This document shows, one piece after another, positions 10,601-21,934 of a stretch of 64,000 nt of DNA (its first letter is position 1; each line of letters begins with the position of its first letter). A model generated the notes under the pieces. That model saw only the letters and a program-made list of their open reading frames with translations. It was not told the DNA's origin and searched no databases. The DNA is taken from positions 300,703 through 364,702 of the forward strand of contig JAAOMT010000436.1 in NCBI GenBank assembly GCA_016748015.1, given 5' to 3'. The stretch is from Geosiphon pyriformis uo1. Lineage: Eukaryota; Fungi; Glomeromycota. Position numbers and translations under genes: made by a program.

Positions 10601-13600
10601 TGATTTTGATAAGTAAGTCATCAATTTTACCAATGAGAGTTTTGGCCACTCTATTGGCTGTAATAATTTTGGCACTAGTAATGTAATCAACTCAGTAACC
10701 TAATTGGTCCATAAGTTGTCTTGTAATGATACTACCAGCTGATCCACTGTCTAAAATCAGTTTGATGAAGTGGTCATCAACCTTGGCATCAGTGTATATT
10801 GCAGTAATAGGTTTGGTGTCAAGAGCAGCTCCACTAAATAAAGATGTTGTTGTTGGTGTCTCAAGATTAAAAGGAAAAATTGCTGCTAACAATTTGTTAT
10901 TGGTAATGGTGGCTGGGGGTATGTTGTTGTTAATTAATTTCTTTGTTTCTAAGTTATTAGTTGGGGTGTTTTCTGGAGTAATCAGGAGACTTAAATAGTT
11001 TTGGGAGTTTGGGTTTTGAGTGTATCTGGTTTCCAAACTCTGTTGGCAAAATTCTGATTGTTGAGTAGATAAACTGGGAATTGGTTAATGAACAACCATC
11101 ACTGATTTCTAGTTTTGTTAAATGGTTCTCAGTTTTTGGTTTCCAAGTGACATCAGAGTTGAAACTTGTGGCAGTATTTGAATTTATTGGGATTGATATA
11201 TTATTTGTGACTGCAGTTAATAAATAACTGGTGCTGGAGTCTGATAAATAGGTGGTTAATAAATTGGTGGCTGCATTACTGATAGGTAATTTGGTTGATA
11301 TAGTTCTGAATTGGATTGATATCTCAGAGTTTGAAACTGGCAATTGGAGTTTCAATATTGATTTCCCAATTGTTGGCTATTTAATCAATAATAACAGTTG
11401 ATTTGCAGGTGTTCTTGCTTACCACAATAGTGGCAAACATGCATTTTCTGTTGCCACTATTGATTGGTTGACAATGATAGATGTGATTAATTTTGAGAAC
11501 AATTTGAGTTTCTCTGATTATTGCATTGTTATGAAGATTGATAAATTGTTTAATTGTCAGCTAAGTATCTTTCTAATTTCTGATTGATTGAATCACTGAA
11601 TTGTTTCAATTTAGAATTCAAGTCAGATGATCTATTTATTACTAGATTTATGACTTGGGCATAGTTGGCTTCAAGTTCTGCTATTTCAAAATCTCTGGCA
11701 TTTATAACTGTGGCTTGCAAGTCTGCTAGATGCAATAGACATATATGTTGGAGGATGCTATTGTACAGGCCTTTAATAAATTGATTCAAGATTTGCAATA
11801 CAGTAAAATAATCAGCTTGTATTACCTAAATTTAATGTAGATTCTTGTGAAAGTGTCTCAAGTAAGCGGTGATTGCTTCAGTGTTTTCTTGTTTAATAGT
11901 GATAAATATATTAGCTAAACAGTTGATACTGTTATTATTACTAAAATATCTTAGGAATTCCTGTTTGAATGCATTGAAAGTTTGAGATTTCTGGACCAAA
12001 CTTTGATACCAAAAATCAGCAGTGTCTTGAAGAAAATAAGGAATGATTTGTAATGCTCTAACATCATTTTATCTATTGGCTATAATGGCTTTTTTTATGT
12101 TGTTAAGCCATACTTGGGCATTGTTCTCTTTGCCAGTAAATTTTTCTAATTTGGTGATTGGAGCATAGACCATTGGTTGTTGCTATGGTGGTTGTTGAAG
12201 TGGTTGTTGCAGTTGTTGTTGAGATGGTACTTGTGACTATTAAATTGGTTTGACAATTGATTCAATTGGTGGCTGATTGATTACAATTATTGAAGATAAG
12301 TGTTGTTGATTAATTATGTTGGAATTTGAATAATTCTGATTTTTCTAAGTTTGAATATTCAGAGTTTTGATTTCTGGGTTTTTTGGGATCAGGTTTTGAT
12401 AATTAAATTCTTGATTCTCATCTTTTTTTTCTTCTAATTCTGTCACTTTCTAAGGACTTGTGGCTCCAAAATCTGGTTAAAGTAGCAGTAATCAAAATTC
12501 TGATGGCATCAATGATCATAATTTAAATCCTTCAAAATAATCACCATAGGTTCTTAATAACTCTGTTTTTTTTTGTTTACTTTAAAATGGAAGTTGGACT
12601 AATGATGGTGTTGTGTTTAAAGTGAATGCACCTGGTAATGAAATGTTGATAATACTTCCAGATATATAGTAATATAATGGGTTGATTGGTGATTTTACTT
12701 GAGATATTACTGCTGGTGTCTGTAATTTTTCTTTGCCTTTGTTTGTGTAGATAATTAGATATCTTTGTTGAGTGTAATTTTCAATTTTTCTATTGATTTC
12801 CATAAAAATTGCTGTGAAATTATGATTTGCTGGTAGGCTGGTATTTTGAATTAATTTGTTGTAAAAATTTTCTCTTGCTGAGTCAGTTTCTACTAGTACT
12901 TCTAACAAATATAAGATTCTCTCATTGACATAAAAATTGAAGACTGATTCTGCTGATAGGTAATTGTTGGTTAATTCTAAGTGTTGACAATAGTGCTGGA
13001 ATAAAAATTTGGCAAATCCTAAATGGTTTGTCTCTATTTTTTCTAATTCTGCCACATTTGGATAGTTGTTATTGGTGCTGGTTCTCTGTAGAATTATATT
13101 TCACAAGAAGCACCAAATATTACAAGTGTTTATTTAGGGTCTCAAATCAAATAACAAACTCATAACTTGATGCTAATAGCTGATGTGATTGGTATTATCT
13201 GAAAGTTTTAGTAATCTGAAGATTTTGTGGTTAAGTTTTTTGTATAATAAACAGAAATTTAATTGTGCTTTTGTTGTAGTTTCCCAGAATTGCAATTCCA
13301 TCTAATTTTTTTCTTAGCTTAATAGCCAGTTTTATTTTGGCAGTCATGTCTTTCTGGTAAGCTATCTGTTAATATATATATGATGTTATCCTTATTTTTG
13401 GGTTTTTTACCAGACTATCTATAATGTCAATACTCAGTGCTTAATTTTTAATTAGTTAGTCAACAACAAAATAATTAAAAAAAAGAAAAGAAAATATGAT
13501 AGAAAATAAAGAAATAAGCCAAGGCAATAAATATTAATATCCTGTCAATAGCCATGATCAAAAGCTATTGTTTCAATGTGGTCAAGTATGAGTTACTATC

Positions 13601-13982
13601 AACACTTTATGTTAATAGTGAAGAGTATATTGAGATAGCAAATAATTATTTATTGATATTTGTGACTTGGAAGATTGCTTAAATAAAATCTAAACTGAGA
13701 GATTTGTCTTTTCTACTTTTAATACTACCACTATATATATATAATTGAGATTTCTTAATTCCAATTTTTCACACCAGGAATCCTAGAATTCCTAGAATTC
13801 TGTAATTCTTTTTGAGAGGAATCCTGGAATTCTGGAATCCTGCAATTCCTTGTATGAGAATCTTGAAATTCCTGGAATCTTGCAATTCCTCTTGAAAAAA
13901 TTCTGGAATTTCACATTTACTACAACTACTTCTGATTGGCTAATTTATATGCTAATATACTTCCTATATTTTATAAGTAATA
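7603..13982 (-). mobile_element. Gypsy family B copy B1 (5' LTR, gag, PR, Cys domain, dUTPase, 5' part of RT), interrupted in RT by element A
   Basis: Minus-strand gag (from 13055), LILDSGSAGS, dUTPase 8895-9294, FCVDYRKLN; PBS 13101-13115; LTR 13118-13982. Confidence 0.93.
13118..13982 (-). repeat. Family B LTR (5' LTR of B1)
   Basis: Homologous to 26970-27895 and 36283-37185; decayed TG..CA ends; GGAATTCC/GGAATCCT array. Confidence 0.92.
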
Positions 13983-15041
13983 CTGGTCACTATCTTCCTC
14001 CATGAATTTGATTGGTACATTTTCTCTTCCACTTAATCTAAACCTGTTGATTCCTCAGTGTTACTGAAGGTTTTTGGTCTCTTTTCTTAAATGTTGTTAA
14101 TGTTGATTTGTTGTGAATTCACGTTTCCAGGAAGTAGTTGGACCTTCAGTAACTGAATTTATCTTCAAATTATCTCCTATAATTTGAACTTGCTGGGCTT
14201 ATGAGTGGAATGATCAATTCCGTACCAGTTGCTTTATGTAGTTATGTTGTCATAAACTTCAACTCTTTCCCAAAAATTGCTTGTCTGAAAGCTTACTAAA
14301 AATGTGTAGTTACTTTGCTGTGAAAGTCAACTCTTCTACAGGAATCTTGTCTGTAGGCTACCTTAATGATTGTAATAAGAAAAGAAAAAATAAATAAAAG
14401 AAATGTAAAAGAAATATGTTTTTATCAAAGAAAACGTTTTTCTATCCAGGCCTGGAATCACTAACAGTTTTACTGAAATTGATAGCTAATCAATTTCAAA
14501 ATGTTAGTTGGGTTTTGGGGATTTTCCAAATGCAATAATTAAAGAATTTGGTTTTTCAAATTATTTAATATTTATTTCTTTTTGTGTATATAGGAATGGT
14601 TTTTAAGTGATAAATCTAAAGTAAGATACATTTTTTTGAAGAGAGATGCTCTTCTTTTATACAACTTGTCATAACACTATTCTATGAACTTGAACTTTGC
14701 TATTTTCTACAATTTCGCTGAACTAAAGATACATTTCGGTAAACTACAAGTTATTTCTGCGAACTATTAGATATTTCAGTGAACTATCAATTATTTCGGC
14801 AAATTTCTACAAATTTTGGCAAACTTTTGAATGTTACATAGTTCAGGGTATTGCATGATTTAATCATCACAATTAGGTTACATTTGTGTTGTGTACAAAT
14901 TGGATTATTAATTAAATGATAATTTCGGACATTTTGTTAATGTAATAAGTAATAATTTGAAATGATAATATATGCTAATTAATGATAGGATTTATAAGAT
15001 AATTTTATGCTAAATAATATCTCTAATTTCATCTGGTAACA
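13983..15041 (-). repeat. Part of a long LTR of a fourth family (D), inserted in the dUTPase of element C and itself interrupted by B1
   Basis: Minus strand begins TGTTACCAG exactly where the C dUTPase breaks off; ~21-bp ATTTCGGCGAACT-like array 14700-14830; inverted AT-decayed homologue at ~44091-45050. Confidence 0.75.
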
Positions 15042-18000
15042 TTGGGCTGTGAAGCTTAGTTCTTTTCAGGTTGTTACCAGGGCTAATTGGAGTATTTTGA
15101 CTAAGGGTAGGAAGATAGCTTGGGCAATCTTTTCTTGTGATTTTATTTTGTAGAATTTGTCCGAATTGTTCTGTAGTATCACGATGATGTTTTTTATGTA
15201 ACTGGCATTGATGATTTCTTTCTTTACGTTGATTTTTTTTTTAACTAGACTAGATTGAAAGACAACTTGTACCATTGTACTAACAGAAATTTCTAACACT
15301 ATCTTAAGATCTATTTTTACAAGAGAATGTAGGGCTATAATTATGGGTAATTGTCTGGAGTATTGTAGGTTGAAATCAGCATTGGTGTTATGCATTCTTT
15401 TGGAACAGATTCTTTCTTTATTGTTACTGTATTATTTTAATTCTAATTCTTTAGATAGGTCAGAATACACAAAATACTGTGCTGTTTCAGTATCCTTAGT
15501 TGGATCTTGTAATGACATGTTTTTGGTGATTAATTCCTCTTTTACCTTGGATTCCAGTAGTTTGGTAATCGGGTATAGTTTTTTTGAAGGTGGGTTGAAC
15601 ATAATATTGCATTTGTCACAGTATTGAAAGTGACAAGGAATCAAACAATGATTGCACAGTTTCATGTTTAGGTTAGCTAATCTTTGTTTTTGCTCTTTTT
15701 TAGTCAGTGCCAAGTTCTGGTAGTGCTTGTGGAAGTATTCTGGATCATCCTCAATGTTGCCAAAAACATCAAAAATCATGATATATTTGGGTTCTGAAAG
15801 AGATAAGAGGTTGTTTTTAATTTTTTGTAATTCTCTGGTTGTAATGCCCTCTGTTTTTGCACTCACCATTCTCCAAATCTTATGTTTGTCGTGAAGATAT
15901 CTGTCTAATCATCATAATACTTGTTTCCAGGCATTGTCAATTGAAGTTTCTTTTTGTACCCAATCATTGATTAAGATAGTGTATTAATATGCTTTGTCGC
16001 ATGTTCTTCCTCTGCCAGGAACATTATTTCATAGTTTTTTATCTGGCAGGATCTTGTCACAGGCAAAACATGGTGTATTGTCCCATTTGCCTTGTCATTT
16101 TGGTCTGCCAAATCTTTTTAACACACAAGATCTGCAGTAATATTTGGTGGTAGTTGGCCATTCCTTATCATCTCTGATCCATGCACCCATAGAAAATAAC
16201 TTTTTCCCATAGTTGACACAAATTAATTTCAGGGTTCAATACCATTGACTTCTTTGTCTTGAAGCAGGATAGCCTACAAGTGCCGATTGTAGTTTTTTTT
16301 CTGCTTTTCCCTTTCTTTTTTCTTTCCAAGTTGGTAGTGGGAGTAACTCTGCTTGGTAATTGTCCATTCATGAAACTTGATAGATTTCTATGGTTGGTAG
16401 GAGTGTTGTGTCTTCGAATTCAATTGGTGGTTTCTCTGAGCTTTGGACTTTGAAGTGTCCACACATAGCCAGGACTTGGGCATGTTGTCCATTAAAGATA
16501 ATTTGTAATTTTTGTGTGTTCTAGTCAAGAGTGATATGGGCTTTGGCCAATCAGTCATTTCCGATGAGAGCTTAATATTGCATGGCTTTTATGACCAAAA
16601 CTTTTGTAGGAATTTGGATTCTGTTGATTTCAAAGGAGAAGTTATTGATTTTTCCGATTGGGGTTTTGGTATTATCATTTGTGGTAATGATTTGGACAGT
16701 TGCAGCACAATCTACTTGGTGATCTAATTGATCCATAAGTTGTTTCATTATTATACTGCCTGCTGATCCACTATTGAGAATTAATTTAATGTCTATGTTT
16801 TCAACTCTAATATTGGTGTACAGAGCCATGATTGGTTTGTCCTGGTTTATGGCAGCTCTACTGAAAAGGCTATTTGTGTTCAGATTGTTAATATTAAAGA
16901 GGAAAATAGCAGCAAAGGTGGTATCTTTAATGATAGTGACAGGTAGAATAGTATTGTTGATTTGATTTTACCTTGAAGAATTGAGAGTCTTTTCTACCTT
17001 CTTCTCTTTTAAAGGTATAAAGCTATAAAAATTTTGGTTTTTAGTAAGACCAAAATATAAGACTTGGTTAGAGTATCCAGTTGGTGTTGGTCAAGATGGG
17101 ACATTATTATGATTTAGGAATTGCAATAATACATTGTTAGTCAGCATCTGATTGTTGCTGAAGTTCTTCTATTCTTGGTTGTAATCAATTACACAATGTT
17201 TAGATTGGTTATTAATGGGGTTTTGGTACTGGGGTGCTGTTTGAGCCATTGGCTATAATGACTGGTAGTTGTTCTAAGACAGTTGCTGGATATACTGAAT
17301 TTGTTGTGAGTATTAAGGCAGTTGATATTGAGGTGCAGAGTATTGGAATACCATGTTTTAAGGATATCTCGGTTGTTAATATTGATTTTTTTGATTTTGG
17401 TCTATTACTTTCTTATTGCAATCCTGGACAATGTGTTCAGGTTTTTGGCAATAATAACAATTGTGAGAATTGGATCTCTAAGATTGTTGTTGTTAACAAT
17501 TCTGTTGTTGTTAATATCTGTTGTTATTACTATCTCTTCATTGTGGTGGCTGGTAGGATCTTATAGTATTGGCTAAAAATTCCTCAATTTTCTGAGTTAA
17601 TTTTTCACTTAATTGAGTTATTTTTGTGTTGATATTGGATGTTTTATTGATAGCTAGGTTAACAGTTTAAATATAATTAGCCTCTTGTTCTGCTAACTCA
17701 AAGTCATGAACGAGAGTAACTGTTTTTTGTAGATTTGTTGGATGGCAGGATCTTACAAATTAGAAGAGACTGCTCTTTAATTCTTTGATGAATTGATTAA
17801 GAATTTGCACCACAGTGTAGTAGTCTCTTTTAATAACCTGGATTTAATAAAAAATTTGATTAAATTGTCCAAGATAAGTGGTCACTGCTTCATGATCTTT
17901 TTGTTTTATGATACTGAACTAATTTTGTAATCTGATGAGAGTGTTGGGGTCACAAAAGTATTGTAGAAAGGCAAGTTTAAAGATGACAAAGTTGGTTGGT

Positions 18001-20170
18001 TTCTCTACAAGACTTTAATATCATAAGTCTGTGATTCTGATCAAAAAAAATGGCAATGCTTGAATGGTTCTATCCTCATCCCAATTGTTGGCAGTGTTAC
18101 CTGAGTAGAAAAACTGATTCAAAATTATGAAGAAACATGACCAAAACGTGACATAACACAAAATAACGCGCAATAATGTTGGATAATGTGTTATAACATA
18201 GGATAACGTGTTATAATACAGGATAACACAAAATAGTGCACAATAATATAGGATAACATGTTATAACGCAGGATAACACAGGATAACATGTAATAACATC
18301 AGATAATATGTTATAACATAGAATAACTAGTGATAATGTAAAAAAACGAAGCAATAACAGAAACAATAAAGCAATAGCTAGCAATAGTGAAACAATTGAA
18401 AGCAATCCTGTAAAACCAAAAAAATGTATAAAAGCAAGTAGTTGTAAAAGTAAAAAAGGACAGACAAATAGATACGAACCTCTAGACCAGAATTAAAAAT
18501 ATTCATATCCCTTTATTCTTTATTATCTTCCCTATTTCATCTCCTGAAATAAACCAATTATTAAAGAAATCAGAATCACGAATTCATGTTCTCAAACTTC
18601 ATGGAATTTACGTGAATTAACCCTTGTCTTGTACCTCTGTTCTAAAACAGATGCTCTTAGCATAACTGCCTCAAACCTATTAATGATTTGGACCAATTGT
18701 TCTTGATCACGGCAATTGACGATACTAATTTATCTTTTCTCTCTTTTCTTTTCTTTTCTTTTCTTTTTCTTTTTCTTTTTTTTTCTGTCTTATTTTTGTG
18801 GAGCAGCAACATAATAAAATTGACTGTCTAAGAATAGACTTTGTAATAGTCTGGTAAAAGAAGGAAGCTCCCCCTAAGTTTTGGATATTAACATTATCTT
18901 GTTAGCTTACCAGAAGGGCGAAAAAACAATGCCAGACTCTAACAACTGTGCTCGTTAGCTCAGAAAAGAAAGCTCACATTTACAAAAAATGTTGCAATTG
19001 ACGAAAGACAAACTCTGTGTCTTATAACCAAAAAACTCAATGGGTAAAAGTCACATCCAAGAATAGACCTTCAGAGACTGATAATCAAAACTAAGCCAAC
19101 AGAATTACATGGAAAACACATCACCAATAATTGAGAGCACCAAACATTACCATTTCTTATACTCACCAAGTTTACCCATAATAGCAGTAATGACTTTCTT
19201 GGCTTCCACAATCTATGTATATGCATTATCTTTTTTACTAGAGAATTTTTCTAATTTGGCAATATCTTAGTAAGTCATGATTTGGTAGATAGGTGAAGTC
19301 TTACTGTTTGATGCTGAAAGATTTAGTGTTTACATGTTAGTGTGTTCTTCTGGTGCTAATTCTGGTTGTTTCCCTTTATTAATTTTCCCAAGGGCTGAAA
19401 AATAGCTGTTTTTTCAGAAGAGGTAGTTAATAATTTGGTTAAGGGTTGAGTTGGTGGTGTTTCCCATGTTGATGTATTTTCATCTGTCATCTGTTTTATT
19501 AATTGTTGGGGTGAGATTTCCAAACAATAATTCATATTCTCCTAATAATTTGGTCCAACTGTGTTAACCCCAGAGGTGTGGATTTCTAGGAGTTTGTGGT
19601 GTTTCTGACTGGGTTTCTGGGGGTGAGTTAAATACAATTTTACTTTGGGATGTCTGATAGTATGATGGAATTGTTGGAAAAAGGAACCTTGGTTTCTTGT
19701 TAATTATGGACTTGACTTAAACAGTTGCAAGATTGTTGGATTTATCTTTGTATTCTTTAAGGTTGGATTCTATTGGTTATTGTACTTGAGAGAATTATTT
19801 CACCACATAATATTTAATGTTTGTATTAATTATGCACAGAGTTTTAGCGATTGCTTAGATAGTCGTGGCTGTTGAGTACCCTAATAAGCTTTGATGGATT
19901 TGTTCTCCAAGTCTTTCTGTGTTAGTTGTGCAGCCTAACAAGCAGTTGATTTTTGTGTTAATATAGTTACAAAAATCATCTTTTGTATAAGTAGTTTCTG
20001 CTAGTATTCTTAAGTCTTTTTAAAAGTATTGAAATAATGCTCTTTTATATGGGGAGTGGTTTTTTCTTACTGTTTCAATAGTTACCACTTTTGTGAATTT
20101 CTGAAGTGCTCTGTCTTTGTGAATTTATAACTTCATAGGAAACACCAAATGTTATGGGTAAACTTGGTGG
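15042..20170 (-). mobile_element. Gypsy family C element, 5' part (LTR stub, PBS, gag, PR, Cys domain, dUTPase)
   Basis: PBS 20131-20147; LTR stub 20150-20170; decayed protease motif LILNSGSAGS (16572-16829); Cys domain; dUTPase 15042-15395 cut in motif V. Confidence 0.88.
18095..19183 (+). repeat. Solo LTR of family C inserted antisense in C's own gag, 4-bp TSD GCAG
   Basis: TGTTAC...CCAAGTTTACCCATAATA matches the C LTR end at 20150; removal restores AKKVITANNWDEDR; 20-bp GGATAACGTGTTATAACATA array. Confidence 0.9.
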
Positions 20171-21874
20171 TGTTACTCATAAAAAGAAAACAAATATAAG
20201 GAAAATAGTAAACCAATAAGCAAATAATATGTAGCATATAAGCATATTGCTTAGCAATATAAAGCAATGATAGAAATCACAGCACATTGCTTAGCAATAT
20301 GGAACAATATCAGAAAACATGGCACATTGTTCAGCAATGTAGAGCAATGTTAGAAAATGAAAGCACATCACTCAACAATGTGAGCATTGCTCAAGAAATT
20401 ATAATACATCACTTAGGAATGTGAGCGATCTCATAGAACATTAATTATGTATATATAGTGGTAACATTAGAAGTAGAAAAAGCAGAATTCATCAGTTCAA
20501 AACCTTCCACATTACAAATATCAATAAATAATTATCCACTATCTCAACCTATTCTTCACTATTAACACTTCATGTTGATAGTAATTGATACTTAACCATA
20601 CTGAAACAATAGCTCTTGATCACAGCTATTGACAAGATACTAACTTGCAATTGCTTCTATTTATTTCTTTATCTTCTTTTGTTTGCTTTTATTTCTTTTT
20701 GTTATTTCTTTGGTTTTACTAAATTGATTAAGGATTAAGCACTAAGATACAGACATCATAGGGACTGGTAAAAGACTTGTGAAACAAGAGTAGAACACTC
20801 ATAGATTTGAAGATAGCTTACCAGGAGGATTACTGACCACCACGCTGAGAAAAAAATTCAATGGAATTACAATTCTGGTGTTACAAATGACTATTTCTGG
20901 TGTTAGATTAAATAACAAACTTGTAACTTGGTGCTCAAATTTAGTTGCAGTTGATAGTAATCTGAAGGTTTTGTATTTGAAGATTTTGGGTTGAGTTCTT
21001 TGTATAATAGACAGAGATTCAATAGTTGTTTTATCCATAGTTTCCCAGAATTGCAATTCTGTCAATTCTTCTCTCGGCATGATGGCCAGCAATCCTCTAG
21101 TAAGTATTCCATATCTTTTGTACGTGTTCTACCCTCTCACAAGGGTTTTTTACCAGGCAATCCTTGATGTCAGTAATCTAGCACTTTATTCAACCAATTA
21201 GTACACAACAATAAAGTCAAAATAAAATAAAGAAAAGAAATAAAAAAAAATTATAAATAAGCCAAGGCAATTTTACAAGTCAGTATTTCGTCAATAGCCA
21301 TGATCAAGAACTATTGTTCCAGTGTGTTTAAGTATCAATTACTATCAACATAGAGTGTTGATAGTGGAATTAGAGTTGAGATACCAAATAGTTATTTATT
21401 GTGTTTGAAAGATTGTCTAAATGAAATCTAAACTTGATGGTCTCCTCTTTCAGCTTCTAATCCTACTGCTATATATACATAATTGAGATTCCTCAATTCC
21501 TCAATTCTTCACAACAGGAATTTTGGAATTCCTGGAATCCTGCAATTCTTTTGAGAGGAATTCTGGAATTCTGGAATCCTGCAATTCCTTGTAAGAATTC
21601 TGTAATTTCTAGAATCCTGCAATTTCTAAGAGGAATCCTGGAATTCCATATTTTACTACGTCTACTTCTGATTGGCTAATAACTATGCTAATATATATTC
21701 CCTATATTTCTATGAATAATACTGGAAGGCTACTGAAAACAACTATTAAATCTCTGTCCATTATACAAAAAACTCCACAACCAAAATCTTCAGATATCAA
21801 TACTTGAATACCAACTAAGCACCAAGTTACGGATTTGTTATTTGACTTGAGACTCCAAATAATCATTTGTAACA
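20171..21874 (+). repeat. 5' LTR of B2 (variant U3 with ~40-bp GCACATTGCTTAGCAATAT repeats), split by a solo LTR
   Basis: TGTTACTCAT start, ..TTTGTAACA end followed by the PBS. Confidence 0.85.
20879..21721 (-). repeat. Solo family B LTR, 4-bp TSD CTGG
   Basis: CTGG|TGTTACA...GAATAATA|CTGG; homologous to the other B LTRs. Confidence 0.92.
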
Positions 21875-21876
21875 TT

Positions 21877-21893
21877 TGGTGCTCCCTGTGAGG
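21877..21893 (+). promoter_or_regulatory. Primer-binding site (probably elongator tRNA-Met)
   Basis: TGGTGCTCCCTGTGAGG, complementary to CCUCACAGGGAGCACCA-3'. Confidence 0.85.
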
Positions 21894-21934
21894 TATAATC
21901 CTACAGAAAACCAACATCAACAAATAAATCAACA

